Below, in pieces: positions 1 to 60,048 of a stretch of 64,000 nucleotides of DNA (the first letter of the stretch is position 1; every line of letters starts with the position of its first letter). The stretch is taken from assembly GCA_012295275.1 (NCBI GenBank), contig CM022671.1:20212001-20276000 (forward strand), read 5' to 3'. A program made the position numbers and the translations under genes. The stretch is from Chrysomallon squamiferum (taxonomy: Eukaryota > Animalia > Mollusca). The notes below the pieces were generated by a model. That model did not search any database. It had not been told where the DNA came from and was given only the letters and a program-made list of their open reading frames with translations.

Positions 1-80
1 TGTCTCCTTTTCAAAATCATGTTAAAACAAAAACAATGATGTTTTCACTCAGTATTTTTCACAAAATGAATCAGTTGATG

Positions 81-183
81 GTGCTCAAATGGACTTACTT
101 GCCTCAGACTGTCTCAGTAGTGTTCAAATGGACTTACTTGCCTCAAACTGTCTCAGTAGTGTTCAAATGGACTTTCCTCAAAC
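81..183. repeat. 39-bp tandem repeat, ~2.6 copies
   Basis: GTGTTCAAATGGACTTACTTGCCTCAAACTGTCTCAGTA repeated. Confidence 0.85.
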
Positions 184-1790
184 AGTATACAACATATTAA
201 AACAGAATAGTCAGTATTTTCAAACAATAAAATAATAGCACTGAAAATGCTCATTATTTAATTGATGAAACAATACTATGTAAGTAACTTTATCAAAATA
301 AATGCGCTCTCATTTTAGTGACCCCAATATTCAAATACATTAATGGAGCATTCATTCATCAATCAGTTCATTGTATTACTAACAAATATAATTATCTGGA
401 ATGTAAATGTATATTCTAAATCAATGTTTTATTAGCAAATTAACAATTATTTTAAAAATGAATTAAAATTTAAGCCAAAACATAATGGCATTCAATCACC
501 TGATTCAATTTTTCTTTTAATTTTCTTTTGATTTTTATAAATAATTCAAACAAATGAAATTTCTGCATGTCAGTTTTAATGAAATATATCATATCATAGT
601 AATAGTATTCTATCTGAATTAAAGACAATATCATGATCAATTTCACAATGAATGTCTGATCTATAAATGTTATACTGCTTGAATGTCAGTAACATCCTCC
701 AATTTCAGTTATGCCAATTTCCATCTGTGTCCAAAAATCCAACTTTACACAAATTTACCACGTCTTTTCTTTTTCCATAAATTTTTATAAAATAATAATA
801 ATGATGATTATGATGATGATAATGATGATGATAAGCTGAAAAAGAACAGTGAGATCTGAATCTATAAATTGATATCAGTAATTAAAAATGTTCAGATTGT
901 TCTTTTTTCAAAAATAAATGTTTATATGTATTGTTTTTGTTATTAAATTTTAAAAGAATCAAAGACTAAACTGTCATGTAATTTGTATTAATATTTTCTG
1001 ATTGTGATGTAGAATGAAGTTTAAAAAGTTCCAAAATCCAAAACTTTTTTCTTTTTGAGCAGCCAAGAAAGTGATAGTCTTTCTGATGGTCTAGGGTACA
1101 CAGATCATTTCATGCACAAAATTATTAAAGATATATAAAATAACCTGTAGACTATGTATATAAACTTTATAAGAAATTTAAATATATTTCATGTTTAGTC
1201 TTGGGTCTTATTTTCTGGCTATCGTCTTATATCTCTGAAAACCAAGACTCTTCCTGGTCCAGGCATATTGGATAAGGGACGCTAATTCTGTAACTTGTTA
1301 ATTTAAAATAAATAAATAAATAAATAAAGTTTAGATTGAAATAAGCTAACAAAGTATTTTCATTCTGACTCTTGGTTGATTTATATAAAATTTGATCATG
1401 GTATATTAAAAAGAAAAGGAAAAAAGGATTCTAAATATAAACCAGAATTAAACTGTAAAATAAACTTGATTTGTACATTATAATACTGAGAAAAACAAAT
1501 TCACAATTTACATACCTAAATGATATGGAATATTAGTCATAATTTACAGTATATTTGTATCTACATACATATGTATATACACATTCATATACACATACAT
1601 GTTTATGTATGTGTATATGTGTGAATGTGTGTATTACATCATACAGAACTATACATTATAATGATACACATTCCAAAATAATTTTCTATCCAGACTAACT
1701 ATATATCATAATATTAATTTGTACAATAATTATAAATTGTTGAATATCAGTTGTTCGTATTCTTATGTACATGTTTATATGTAAATATAC

Positions 1791-1833
<43 letters not shown>

Positions 1834-2418
1834 TTTAAATACATTAAACAGTATCAATATCTAAATGCAGTGAAAGAACTTTGAGAAACACAGTAAGTAA
1901 ATACATTCTTTAAATATCCACATGTGTTCATCTACATTAATTTCTACATATGTCTGAACATACATTATCATTCTTGTCACTGTGTATTTCTATCAAATAA
2001 TATTATCCACAGCAAATAAATTCTGACTAGTACATTTTTGCAATTTAGTAAAAATGTATCAATGGTCCTAAAATTTGGCATTAAAAATGCAACAATTTAA
2101 AATTATTTTAATAGGAAAACACTGCAGTATGTTGAACCTCTAATGTCATTAAGAATTTTGTGAACATGCCAAAAAAAAAATCAACCAAAAAATAAAATAA
2201 AATAATAATAATAATAATAAAATAATAATAAGAAGTAAGAAACAAATCTGATAAAAGTAAAATTAATTGTTCTTTTTAATAAATTTCATGGCCATTTCCG
2301 CCATAATGAAAAAGAAAGACAACTCAGTTCAAACTATTTAAATTAATTTAGAAACTTTTTCCCTGTATTGTATTAATAAGAAAATGTGATGACATTGCAA
2401 GAAAGAAAACTCATGACA

Positions 2419-2469
<51 letters not shown>

Positions 2470-3368
2470 AAACACACACATGCACAAAGGTGCACATGCA
2501 AAAACACATGTAAAATGCAAAATATCTCACCTTAAAAATATAGAATTCATAATTTCATTAAAAATTTTAAAATTTTCTTTTTAATAACAAAAAAAAACTA
2601 AATTTTTCATTAAGCACTAACATTCTGAAGAATAATATTTGTTTTAACAATCATTATACTGTATAATAAGTAGCACTTGATGAAATAAACAGTTCAGTTA
2701 CAACAGATAAAACAACTTATATCTGTCTGAGATCAATAACTTAAGAAAGACAAATTTGTTGGAATTATAATTTCTCAATGGGACTTGAAAACATATATTA
2801 GATGTTGTATACAAAATACCTAATATGTGCTGTGTACCTTTTATAGAGATTCTGGAGCTGTCAGTATGGAGAAAAAATCATCCTTATTTGATAAACCACA
2901 AAATATACTCATAATAACAAGAGTTGAGCAGCAGCCATTAAAACAGACAGATTTGAATCTGTCAGTTTGTGTTATTTTAAATCATATCCTACTATATAAG
3001 TAACATACAGTAAAAGAGTTATATCTATTCATCCAATATTTTTTAATTTGTTCTCTGTGAGCACATGTACAAGGCACCAAAATACTGAGTTAACATAATA
3101 TCTCATACTTTTCTTTATCACAAAACTGATTCAGTTTATAGACATGTGTATGTTTGTAACTGAAGTCAGTGTATTGAATATTGTGTATTACAATTTCCAC
3201 AGGCAGATATTTAAAAACAAATGTAAGATTTTTTTATGACACACAATAAGCTGCTGTTATGTGTCACAATTCTGCAACTATGTAAGAAAAACGTCTGATA
3301 GATTCTGTTAAAAAAATATTTAACTTCAATTTATTTGATTCTCTAACATTTTATTGAGTAATTATTTC

Positions 3369-3408
<40 letters not shown>

Positions 3409-4710
3409 TTATGGTTCTTTTGATATTTAAAAAATAACACATCAACAGATCTATTTTCTGCCCGTGTCCAAAAATATTTGGAGTCCCCTGAACTAAAATA
3501 TTGTTTTTACAGGTATCTGCAATGATTATGTTGGGCATATGAAAATATGCTATTATGCTAATAACACATCACTGTATAATCAAGTACTTTATAGTTGTAT
3601 GGCACACACTGTGATTACGACAAAACAATTTTATCAGTATCAAAATAATTAATATTTGTATTATAAATACTCAGTTTGTTATTTCTCAGACATTTTCTGT
3701 TTTTCTCTTGGGAAAAATGACAAATTAAATTTTTTATTTTTTAATAATATACTACTGAATCCACAGAGAGTTTATGATAAGAATATTCTGTTTTCTCCTT
3801 ATTTTTTTTTTCTCTTTAACACATACTTTAAATAACCAAATTATTTGTTTCAAACATTTTTTATTTCACCTAGATTCAAATCATATCAATTGGCAGATGA
3901 ATTATTTCTTCATATATTTCAAAGAAGTTTTTAATTTGTCTTGGTAATACATATATTAATTAATATATTTACTTATTATTTATATATGTTGTTGTTGTTG
4001 TTTGTTTTGTTTCATTTTTGTTACATTCAAATTTGCTTCAACATTGTTTTGTAATTCAGGATTTGGAAACATTTTACCAATTTTTAAATTATTATTATTA
4101 TTTGGTTATTTATTTATAATGCCATGGTAATTTCTAAAATTACTGCATGTGGCTGTATTTAAATTAAAAAAAAGACAACTAAAATAACAACAACAACAAT
4201 AACAATAATAATAATAATAATCAAATAATAAAAAATTATATTATTTAAGCTTCAATATTGGTGAATATGATCCTAGAATATCATAATTTTTATTTATTTA
4301 TTGAGAGTTTTTTTTTATATTTTAATTTAATATCATTTTTTCATTTAGCTGTTTGGTAAGATCTAAACCATATGCATATTGTAACTTACATATTGTTATG
4401 AATAAATTATGTGTACATATTGAAGAAATGGTATAATTTTGTGACCATAAAGGGCAAACATAATGCTGAATTCATCAGTTTATGATATATAAATCTATGG
4501 TGCTGTTTGATTTTTTAGTGGTGTTACCTGGAATCAATGTTTACCCTGATGTTTTTTTAAAAAAGAAAAATATTAGATTTGTTTTTAACTGGTCCTGTAA
4601 AAAAACTGAAAACCTTTCCTTAATAAAATGATGAATTTGTTTCCAGCTATATTTACAGTATAAATGACAAAGTGTTTAATAACACTATTTAAAATAATAA
4701 TAACAGCAAC

Positions 4711-4762
<52 letters not shown>

Positions 4763-4781
4763 TCATCCAAATTCTGAAAGA

Positions 4782-4818
<37 letters not shown>

Positions 4819-5132
4819 AAATTCACAAATTCAGTCATTAAAATTTAAAAAAAATAAAATAAAATAAAACAACAACTCAGAAATAAAATAATACATCTAC
4901 AATTTAAACTGACAAACTAGTAGTCAAAAATATATGATTCTTAACAAGACTATATCAAAATAAAAAAATATCATATACTGGGTAGTAAAATGGGGGAGAT
5001 AATATTAGAATTATTTTTTACAAAAAGCAAAAAAGCAAACAGCATAACAAAATAAAAAAAAAATAAAAAATACAGAAAAGAAAAAAGAAACAAAAAAGTT
5101 GAATAAAGAAAATAAAGGTCTTTCACTAAACA

Positions 5133-5175
<43 letters not shown>

Positions 5176-5340
5176 CAAGAAAACCCAGGAATATTATTTT
5201 TCCAAGACATCTCTCAACTTCTTATTCTTCTTCTTCATTATTATTTAATTATTATTATTATTATTATTATTTCATAGTTGTGATAGTATGTAAATTTATA
5301 ATCTTATTTCTTACAAATTAAATATATTTCATATGTAGAT

Positions 5341-5610
5341 TTAATCACATGGTTAAAATTTTATTATTCATGATTAATACCAGTTCAGTGGTACAAATCT
5401 TAATAATTATGATTAATATCAGTTCATACGATAAAAATCGTAATAATTATGTTTCATATCAGTTTGTCATGGTAAAAGTCTTTAAATTCATGATTAATAC
5501 CATTTCAGTGGTACAAATCTTATTAATTACAATTAATACCAATTCAGATGGCAAAAATCTTAATTTTTCTAACAACGCCACTTCACAAGGTAACAATCTT
5601 AATACTTAAG
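5341..5610. repeat. ~39-bp degenerate minisatellite, ~7 copies, about 290 nt past the stop codon
   Basis: Recurrent TGATTAATACCAGTTCAGTGGTACAAATCTTAATAATTA-like unit; explains track ORF 5349..5609. Confidence 0.8.
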
Positions 5611-5897
5611 ATTATCAATTCACAAAACTAATGATCAGTTTGCAACTGAGAATACTGATCAGAATGACTATGAATTCACAAAGTCATGATAATCATACAT
5701 GATAACAAAAGAATTATCAGTATGATGACTGATTCACGTAAAAAGATGTGTTGTAACTGTGGTAAAATGATTAGAGGCATGATATGTACACAGCTGATTC
5801 ATCTAGTGAACTAATGATTCATGAATGGAAATGCCAATTTAGTAAGTAAAACTCGTAATCAGTAATGGATATGGAATTCATGTTCAACAGAATATGT

Positions 5898-51447
<45,550 letters not shown>

Positions 51448-52503
51448 GTTCAGTTTTCGTCGGTTTTGATCGGCAAAGCAGAGAATGTGATCATTATAAC
51501 ATTATATCTTCTTAGTTCATCGCTAATCTTTAAAATGTATTGATAATAAGTGAACATATATACAAACGACGAAAGAAATGTCCACATCTTCCGAAACGGT
51601 GTGACATATTCCAATCTGACAGCATATGTGATGATTCTGTTTCCTTGCGTCTGTTGTGCGTGAAACTAAGTCACTGAATGTCTTTTTATGTCATAAACTC
51701 AATTGGTTACGTCCCCTGTCAAGGCGGTGTCTGCAAAATTAGGTCAGATATAGATTTTGTTTGATAAATGGAGCAAAGGGACTGAGACGGCAGAGACACA
51801 AGTTTGTTAAAATGTACGCCATAAACATAGCAGTAGAATAGTTGGTAACAATGTGAAAAAGTGGGAAAATAACTCAAGTGAGTTAGACTCTTGTTGAAAC
51901 ATAAGCTGAAAGACCGTTCCTGTCATTCGCCGATTGTCGTCTGCTAACAGCTCGGCATACGTTTCTACGTTTTACGTTTACGCTTATCGATCGAATATTT
52001 TTCTCTGTTTGATTTTGTGTATATCTGAATCTAGCACGGTAGTTTTTAAAGTTACCCAGAGTGCGTTATTACAAAAGTAATTAGCCTGAATGTATCCATG
52101 GCTACAAAATTAACTTGTGGCTTTTTTGTTAGATATTAAGGATTTTTCAAAATAGATTTGATCTCCACTGTGAAATTCTCATAAAACTGCTAACAACATT
52201 CCTTAAAAACATTTTTTTTTTTTGGTATGAAAAAGAAAAAATGCAGGTGTAGTAGGCCTGTGCAGATAATACTTGAAAGCACATGGTTTATGTATATAAA
52301 ATATTTTAATTCTGATATTTAATTAAAAGATATTGCGTTTTTTATTATATAAAAAAAAAAAAAATTAAATAATAAAAACACCAACAAATAACCATCCCTC
52401 CAAAACAAAGAAAAAACATCCTCAGCCACAAAATAAATAAGTAAATAAATAATATGAAGAAAAAAAGATGAAATGTAATATAAATAACTAAACTAAAATC
52501 ACA

Positions 52504-52554
<51 letters not shown>

Positions 52555-53243
52555 TATTCGTTAATGTTTATAAATGAAATGAAAATTAATATATATATAT
52601 ATATATAAAAATGTATTACTTTACAAAGCCTTATCGCACGCGGATCCAAGGTTTCAGAACTATATGCGGACGTGTGTACTATATGCCATCGTAAGATTAC
52701 AATATTTTAATAAAATATATCGCGTTTAATCAAACTGTTTCTTTATAAAGAATGAAAATGTAATATTAGAAGTTAATATATTTACTAATACTAAAATTGA
52801 AAATTAATTAAGTCAAAGATTCTTCCAACCATCTGTAATACACACTGTATTTACACATTAAAACGTACAATTAGTTATTATTTATGGTAATAATTATATG
52901 AAAATTTCTGAAATTAAGTGTAATTATCTCATTATGTATCGTATCTTGAATTTGTAACATAGTAGTAGATATTAGAGTTCACATTTCAGAAAGTGTATGT
53001 ATATATAAGAAAAGATGGATGTAGGCTTCGAACCTGAAAAAAAAATCATCTAATGTTGTTTGCGTTAGGAACGCAGTGAGAAAATTAATTCTGCATTCAT
53101 ATCGTTTTCAGCTTTAAGCAGTTAATTTCTTAAAAACACTGCCAACGTTGTCGTATTCATTCTCAGCGTCTCTTGTGAAGAAGTCAGAGGTTTTACCTAC
53201 GATAGGCATGCATGAATATTTATCCGATGGAAACATTCTTTTC

Positions 53244-53537
53244 AAACGCTAAGGAAAATCGTTCCGGGAGGGGTCGTGCTGGGCGTAACTATCAAAGATA
53301 ATTCTTAGATGTGGCTGTATGGGCACAACATCTGACTTACTCAGAGGGATCTGCACACGACAGACATGTTGTTGTAATGGAAAAAGAGTTGTATGATACT
53401 GTTGTTCTAAGCTAGCTTAAAAATTTAAAATTATGATACTGTTGGAGATTTATTGATATTGTTTAAACAAATAAGCCTTCTCAGAACATGCAGAGTTTAA
53501 AAATGTTTAGCTGAAAGCAAAACTGACTATGAGCTTG

Positions 53538-53569
<32 letters not shown>

Positions 53570-53710
53570 GTGATATTTTAATTCATTTCCTCTGGCTAAG
53601 TCAGATGTTGTGCCCATGTAGTCACACCTACAAATGTTCTCTGACAGAAGCATTCTCAAACTGATTTACACCCAGCACAACTCCCCCCGGAACGATTTCC
53701 CCTGGCATTT
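53244..53710. mobile_element. MITE / foldback-like element with ~105-125 bp imperfect inverted arms
   Basis: AAATCGTTCCGGG..GTGCTGGG and ATGGGCACAACATCTGACTTA in the left arm are mirrored by TAAGTCAGATGTTGTGCCCAT and CCCAGCAC..CCCGGAACGATTT in the right arm. Confidence 0.75.
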
Positions 53711-54086
53711 TCATCTTGCACACGTGTGGCCACCGACTAAGTCGGTTCCTCATTGCAAACATTAAACTTACCATATTAATGCACGTTCATGTTAACATGA
53801 ATCGTTCAACCATTGCCATGTGGTACGGTGTATGGACAACAAAGTGAGTGAATATTCTACTTTCAAAGCGGACTTTGTATAGATATCAAAATAATGAACA
53901 AGTTTGTTTGTCTAATATATGAATGATTCAGATAGCTAATTGATAATTAGCAACTAATCCAACACATTATTTATCTTGTACAATCAATGATTTGAATATA
54001 ACAAATTATTAATAGAAGGCATTGCAAACAACATTATTAATTTCATCATCGCATCGCCATTGCTATCGCTGAGGGCAAGTGAAGTT

Positions 54087-54102
54087 GCGGGGTTTTCCCC
54101 GC
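54087..54102. promoter_or_regulatory. NF-kB-type site GGGGTTTTCC within near-palindrome GCGGGGTTTTCCCCGC
   Basis: Matches GGGRNYYYCC; about 2.6 kb upstream of the ATG in very AT-rich DNA. Confidence 0.45.
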
Positions 54103-54232
54103 TCGCTGTTTGTCCCAGAATTCTTTCATTTTGACCTCACTAATGTCAAATACCGGCGAAGAGACTTGTCTGTATAAACCTAACGGTCGATGGTCGACAT
54201 AACGACATATCAAATCATAATAATAATAATAA

Positions 54233-54271
<39 letters not shown>

Positions 54272-54853
54272 GAAGAAGAAGAACTGAATTTTCGGTGACA
54301 TCGCAACTTTTGAAGCATGTTGTATTTTAAATTAGTCGTATTTTGAGTTCTTATTACTACTTAACTGATATTTTACTGCCAGCACTTTATGTGTTTTTAG
54401 AAACCAAAAGTCTAATCACACTGGTGATTTACTGGTATGGCTGCCTTAATGGATTGCAGTTGCTGGTGACCTTGTCCTGGATTTCGTCTTTTCTTAATCT
54501 CTCTGAGCTGTGACAATATATGTGTGATATTCGCAGCCTGTACATGCAATATAAAAGTATGGAAAGGAAAATCAATGTATCCATGGAGTTTTGCGAGACC
54601 AGCGAATACTTTGTTCACGAAACTGATAGAATCGCGTCTAATACATGTAAAATTACTTCAAACTTGGCGATTTCTTGACGGCTGCGATTAAAAATACTAG
54701 ACTCCAAAAGAAAGTTATTTGACACTAATCGTTATTGAGAATTGCTACAAACATTGATAGAAAGTTCCCTAGTTGTTAATCGGTATAAAAATTAGATTCT
54801 TCTTTCACTCTTATTTGGAAACTTTATAACAATTTTCATTTATTATAATAATA

Positions 54854-54898
<45 letters not shown>

Positions 54899-55842
54899 TT
54901 AATCATTTAATGAACATATACGTTCAGAACATGTTTCACTTGCATGCATGATTGCGTATCTTTTTTTCAAAAGGACCAGATATTATCTATCCGCGTTACA
55001 GTAGTATGTAAACCTGAAGTGTAATTATAGGAATTCGCTTAAATATAATCAAATTCACTTTTAAAATGCAACAATCAATCCTAATTTTTTTTAAACTGTA
55101 TTGAAGTAAATAATATTAAATATTGCTGTGTTAATAATAACGAATTTTATATGTTTGTATTTTTCGTTAATTCTTAATTATTTATTATGTACTCATTAAT
55201 CAATCTGTTTATTTTTCAAATAAATTTTAAAATTAGATTTTAATATGATGACTGTCATAGTAATATTAACACAGATAATAATCACGTGACCATAGTTGGA
55301 AATGATGAGCAAATCGAATTTGAAATCTTATCGAGAGAACATAGGGAGAAATCTGTAATTATAACTTATGTCTGAATTTAAAAATATAATAATAATAGTA
55401 AGAAGAATCCTTTTGCCTAGCAGCCCGCAGGCAATTTATTAGTAAATAAAAATGCAATGTTTTGTGTTTTGTTATTGCTGTTTTTTTTAGAAATAATAAA
55501 TTTTTATTCTTTTTTCGGTGGATACTTGGAAACAATGTTTATGCTGGTCTCGTTATTCATTAATAGTAAGAAAAAAAAAACTGTGTCTGAAAATATTTCA
55601 GGAATTACTGTAATTTCATGATCTTGGGTATTTATTGAGGTTTTTTGTGTTTGTGCATTTGAACAAATTTATTCTATTTAAGAAGAATATTTTCTTTACT
55701 TTTCTTTCAATTTTAAACCAATTCATGACGCATTAAATACTTTCGATTTATCCTTAATGACGAATGAGCATATTGAATTTAGGACTTATTTTTCGGACAC
55801 AAAATTCTTTTGGTGTTGTTGTTGATTATTACTTTAATTTTC

Positions 55843-55902
<60 letters not shown>

Positions 55903-56733
55903 TTTTTTTTTTTATTTTTTTTTTTTTTTTTAGGCTTTATTGGTCTCATTATATGATGAGGTTACACAAAGGGAAATCATAATAGACAATTCTATAGGCT
56001 TTTTTCTTCATGTGTGTACATGTATGTGTGTGTTTATGTGTAAGGCTCCTGCAGCCCACGTGTTCTTGCAGACTCTTTCATTATTTACTTATTATATATA
56101 TAGATATCTTGACAACATCCTCTTCTGAACACGATCATATTTTCAGTAGAAGATTTGGATCTTGGATTTTCAACAAATGATTTTGTCCTGTCACCAGAAA
56201 ACCAGAGCACTTTTAAACTGTAACACCTTTTGACCTCTATGTTACGCTCTGACGGCTACAACTATGCACAAAACAGACGAGAATGATACACAAGTGTCTG
56301 CGCACGCGCAATTGTTTTTGGGTTTTGTTTCATAAGTGCAAATAGGAAAAGTTAAATCAGTTCTATGGGGAATTTTAAAACTTAATAATTCAGAGCACCT
56401 AAAAGAGCTAAAATAAATGTTGGATTGAATTATTGCTTGTGTCGTTTGATTGTTGTACTGGTGTGAAATCAGGCGTGCATTGTAATTTGAGAATAGTATG
56501 GATTTTGTATTAATTTAAACGAGACAGAAATAAAAAGATAAAAACGATATTTTGAGTTATAAAAAATACAAAGAGACAAAGAAAAGAGATGTGATAAACA
56601 GAAACACAAACACACACAGACACAGAGACACACACACATAAAATAGTTATAACCATGATGATATCGATAGTAATACAGTTATAATAATTATGATAATAAT
56701 AATTAATAAAAGTAGTACATGTTGCAGACACAC

Positions 56734-56793
<60 letters not shown>

Positions 56794-57619
56794 GTCTTTT
56801 AATATATTTCTTCATCATTTCTTTCAAAGCTCTGTTTAGCTCCAGGTGCTACATCAAAAATGTAAACTTTATTATTTAGGTTACTGCTTAGCTGCAGGCT
56901 TTCATACAGATATCCTGATTGTTCAAACGTTTAATATTACAAAACAAAAAGTATATGTTATTAAAGGAAAATAATACATGCGTTATGTGTTCTAGTTTTA
57001 ACAGAAGATATTACAGACAGACACACACACACACACAGACACGAACACACACACACACATATAAATTAATATACCAGTATTGTTTATGTAAATAATAATA
57101 TGAACTATAGAGAGGCCTATAACTGGAGCACATAATCCTAAACACATAAACATACACAAAAGACAAAAATAAATTATAAGAACATAATGCATTCACGCGT
57201 TACAACAACTGTTCTAATTTATATATTCGTTTCACAATGTTGAAAGACACGAAAATTCCGTTAAATGTACAAGAAACGCTTTCTCACATACCTATACGCA
57301 CCCGTTTACAAAAGATAGATATGTGTCAAACAAAAAATATATTAATTTTTTTGTTGACCGACTTCTTCAAATCTCCATTATCTAATAAACTTAATACGCT
57401 TTGTCCAGTTTCGATTTGAGCTGACTGACAGAAAGCTGAAATTTCATACATTACTATGTCTTCAAATTCAAGTATTCCAATCTCGTAAATTACTGAATAA
57501 GAATTCCTATATATTTTTGGATAGATTTAAGTTATGAAGAACCTGTATATTATGATTATAATACTGGAGCTTCGACGTATTCATTGTTATTATTATCATT
57601 ATTATTTTATTATTATTAT

Positions 57620-57663
<44 letters not shown>

Positions 57664-58437
57664 TAGTAGTAGCAGTAGTAGTAGTAGTAGTGATAGTAGT
57701 AGTAGAAGTAGTAGTATGTAATTATCATCACGATCATTATTATCAGCATCATCATAATAATTATCAACATCATTATCATGATTTGGTATTTTTATTTTTT
57801 TTTTTTTTTCATTTTATTGAAACTAATTTTAATTTTGAAATATATAATCACACAGTGCTTGTGCTTTCTTCTTCAATTAATTCCGATCGTTTCTCCTGCT
57901 CCTTGACCTATTTCTTTCTTCTCGTTTTCCTTCTTCTTTCTTCTCCTCCGTTCCTTCTTCTGGACCTCCTCCTATTTCTTTTCTTAATTCCTTTCCTCTT
58001 TTTCTTCAGCACCATTTTTATCTTCATTTATTCTATTTTCTATTCATTTCAGCACATCTGATTAATGAAATGTCAAAGACACTCCTAAAAGTCTAATAAA
58101 GATTGAACATTAAAGATTTCTTTCGCATTTCTGTCATTTGTTACAGCATTCAAATATCAGGCAGATAAAACCCAGTTTCCATCGCTGTCATATTAACTTG
58201 AAGACAAATAAAATCGATTAAAGGATAATGGAACACATTTCACTTTCATTTCATATTTTTTATTTTTAGATTTTGTAACAGGAAAAAAAAAAAAAAAAAA
58301 AAAAATAAAAATAAAATAAAATGAAAGGTAAAAGAAATGAAAAGTGAAAAACAAAGAATAAAAAGGGATCATTTAACCTATTAACAAACGTTATATAACG
58401 TTCTCACTCTGTCTCTTCTTCTTTTTGTTAATCTTAC

Positions 58438-58485
<48 letters not shown>

Positions 58486-58579
58486 ATGAAATCTTTCATT
58501 TTGAATATTTCACTTCTTATCATAGCGGTATGCTATATAAATTTTTCTGCAGTTAACATAAAAATCAAATTATTAACAA

Positions 58580-58614
<35 letters not shown>

Positions 58615-58978
58615 GTCATAAACTCGCTAGTACATGGAAGTAACACAGGTTCGAGATAAATAAACAAAGGAAGACAGTGTTTGTTTAATATTACACAGGC
58701 TTATCGGCCGGTTCAGATTATAAAGCTATTTCTATAGAGACTGTCTAGTATTAACGAAAATACATTATTTTATAAAGAATATCTTTGTGACCTTTAAAAT
58801 ACAACAGCTATATAATTATATTTTTTGTATCCCCCTCTATAAACATATTATGTAACATTTATAAACTCAAGTCACAAACATATACACAGAAGTTTAATAT
58901 AATAAACCCCAAAATGTGCATGTGTGTATACATGTATGAATGTATGTGTGCAGGTATGTGTGTGTATGTATGTGTGTG

Positions 58979-59064
58979 TGTATGTATGTATGTATGTATG
59001 TATGTATGTATGTATGTATGTATGTATGTATGTATGTATGTATGTATGTATATATGTATGTATG
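58979..59064. repeat. (TATG)n tetranucleotide microsatellite
   Basis: Direct reading. Confidence 0.95.
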
Positions 59065-59238
59065 CATGTGCTATTCCTCTTTCATTTCATTGTCATACAA
59101 ATATGTTATATTTAATCATAAAAATGAGCTGAGTTTTAGTTAATAAAATATCCATTTGTTATTTACTGTAACTTACTATAGTTATATTTGGTGGTTGTGT
59201 TGCTGCTGCTATTTTTGTTGTTGCTGTTGTTGTTGTTG

Positions 59239-59297
<59 letters not shown>

Positions 59298-59405
59298 TTC
59301 CTTACAAGTCACGCTACAAACTCCCTAAACTCCAGCGTACAGTCTTCTGTATAAGAGGTCGTACAAATGCGGTCAGTGTTCTATTATTAACTTCCACCTG
59401 AAACT

Positions 59406-59415
59406 GGGAACTTCC
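59406..59415. promoter_or_regulatory. NF-kB-type site GGGAACTTCC
   Basis: Exact GGGRNYYYCC match in a CpG-containing patch about 8 kb upstream of the ATG. Confidence 0.35.
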
Positions 59416-59996
59416 ACAAATTATCAGCAGGGTGTACAGTCGTCAAACAAGCCGGATTTTAACTGGGCCAAATATTTTACGGTCAAAGACCTACTTTATT
59501 GCGATAATGTAAACGTACCCTGTATAAGAAGCCCAATATTACTATGCTACGCCACGCCAATTCATCAACTGTATGATAAAGGTTCCGAAAATAACGATTA
59601 CTTACAAGTGATGCCGCTGTCCTCTAGTGCAGTAATTAACGCCGCTTGTACGGAGCGCCGATTTGTCTTCAATTTTAATATTTAAATTTTAATAGAGCAG
59701 CCTTTTCGTTTATTGTTTAATTTTAAATCCGAAACAAAGTTGCTAAAATCATTTATTAGACAATACTCCGAAAACTGCACGAATCTTATAACGATCAAGA
59801 AAAAACAAAAATGAACCTCTCTGAGGTTTTTTTCTTTAACCACCTACAAGTATAGTATATGTTGCCAACAGGTGATGATCATATTTTACTATTTACTAAA
59901 ATAATATTGTCTCATCAGCGAGCGACATCATCATTATTTACTGTTTGTCATTATTATTTAATTATAGTAACATTATTATTTATATTATTATTGTTG

Positions 59997-60048
<52 letters not shown>

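Noticed and set aside
59900-59930. CTGATGAG on the minus strand (hammerhead core half)
   Set aside because: No stem II closure followed by GAAA and no stems I/III
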